A DNA stretch of 64,000 bases from Epiperipatus broadwayi (Eukaryota > Animalia > Onychophora), in contig JAQFVV010000004.1 of NCBI GenBank assembly GCA_028023455.1, positions 16,740,001 through 16,804,000 of the forward strand. Reading direction: 5' to 3'. Position 1 is the first letter of the stretch. The number at the start of each line of letters is the position of its first letter. Under the pieces are notes generated by a model. That model was given only the letters and a program-made list of their open reading frames with translations, searched no databases and was not told the origin of the DNA. This document shows, in pieces, positions 62,980 to 64,000 of this stretch. Made by a program: the position numbers and the translations under genes.

Positions 62980-64000
62980 ATCATCATCATCAACCATTAT
63001 CAATCCATTGCAGGATGAAGGTCTCTCCAAGTTTAATCCATCTTCTCTGATCTTTAGCTTCTCTTTTCCGCAACACCCCTGCACATTTTCTTATTTCATT
63101 CATCCATCTCACATGTGGTCTCTTTCTGGGTCTTTTACAATCTCTTGGAATCCAGCTTAAAATTTCAATCGTCCATCTATTATCATTTCTTCTAGCAATA
63201 TGTCCAGCCCAACTCCATTTCAATATTCTAATTTTTTCAATAAGGTCAGTAACACCTGTTTGTTGTCTTACCCATACCTTGCGTTTTCTATCTCTTCTTG
63301 TTACTCCCAACATACATCTCTCCATACTCCTTTGAGTGGTCTGAAGTCTTTGTATTGCTCTTCTGTTAAGTGTCCAAGTCTCAGATCCATAAGTAAGAAC
63401 TGGTAAAACACATTTGTTAAAAACCATTCTTTTCAAACACATAGGCATATTTCCTTTTAATATCAAGTTATTTCTACCAAAAGCACTCCAACCAAGTTTA
63501 ATTCTATGATTAATTTCCTCCATTATGTTTCCATCTGTATTAATAATCTAACCAAGGTAGTTGTAACTGTTAACTCCTTCTAATTCTTCATAATCAATCT
63601 TTATTTTCATATTTTGAGCAAATCGATTAAACATTACTTTAGTCTTTTTAACATTTATCTTTAGTCCTACTTTTCTACTTTCATCTGCTAACTCCTGCAA
63701 CATTTCCTGCAGCTCTGAAGCATTATTTGCAAAAACAACTACATCATCTGCAAAATCCAAATGACTTAAATACTCTCCATTTACTTTCATTCCTTTAGTT
63801 TCCCATTTTAATCCACAAAATACTTCTTGCAGCACTGCTGTAAAAAGTTTTGGAGATATGGAGTCACCTTGTCTTAAACCTTTCTCAATGTTGAACTTTC
63901 CAGTATCATTATGTAATCTAATTGTTGCTGTTGCATTTTTATAAATATTCTTTAAAATATGATAATATCCTGGATCTATACCTTGATGATCCAATGCTTT
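62980..64000 (-). mobile_element. Young RTE-clade LINE, 3' part of ORF2 (RT domain and C-terminus), continuing beyond the window
   Basis: GLRQGDSISP, HLDFADDVVVF, YNYLG and LKWSWAGHIAR motifs with a (TGA)n tail. The two listed ORFs are in the same frame, separated by a single TAG at 63548-63550. Confidence 0.95.

Overview
This is AT-rich, CpG-poor animal genomic DNA, probably protostome or arthropod-like. There are no rRNA, CRISPR or prokaryotic features. The only clear host gene is a NIPSNAP3-like gene on the + strand, with five confident coding exons between 13411 and 34665. One of its introns uses a GC donor, and possible 5' exons lie near 5.75-8.9 kb. Most of the rest is transposon debris: RTE LINEs, three truncated Gypsy (Mag-like) LTR elements, a family of tRNA-Gly-derived short SINEs, a non-autonomous piggyBac, MITEs and foldbacks, and a Penelope GIY-YIG relic. 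The most striking signal is a set of non-coding repeat families of about 375-472 bp per unit that carry minimal type I hammerhead ribozymes (HHRs). I count at least 15 intact, mutated or truncated cores in 3-5 sequence families. They occur as partial tandem arrays joined head-to-head and flanked by 14-19 bp target-site duplications (TSDs). This matches non-autonomous Penelope-like retroelements or retrozymes, which would give self-cleaving and probably circular RNAs. All calls were made by eye from the sequence. No database search or folding program was run.
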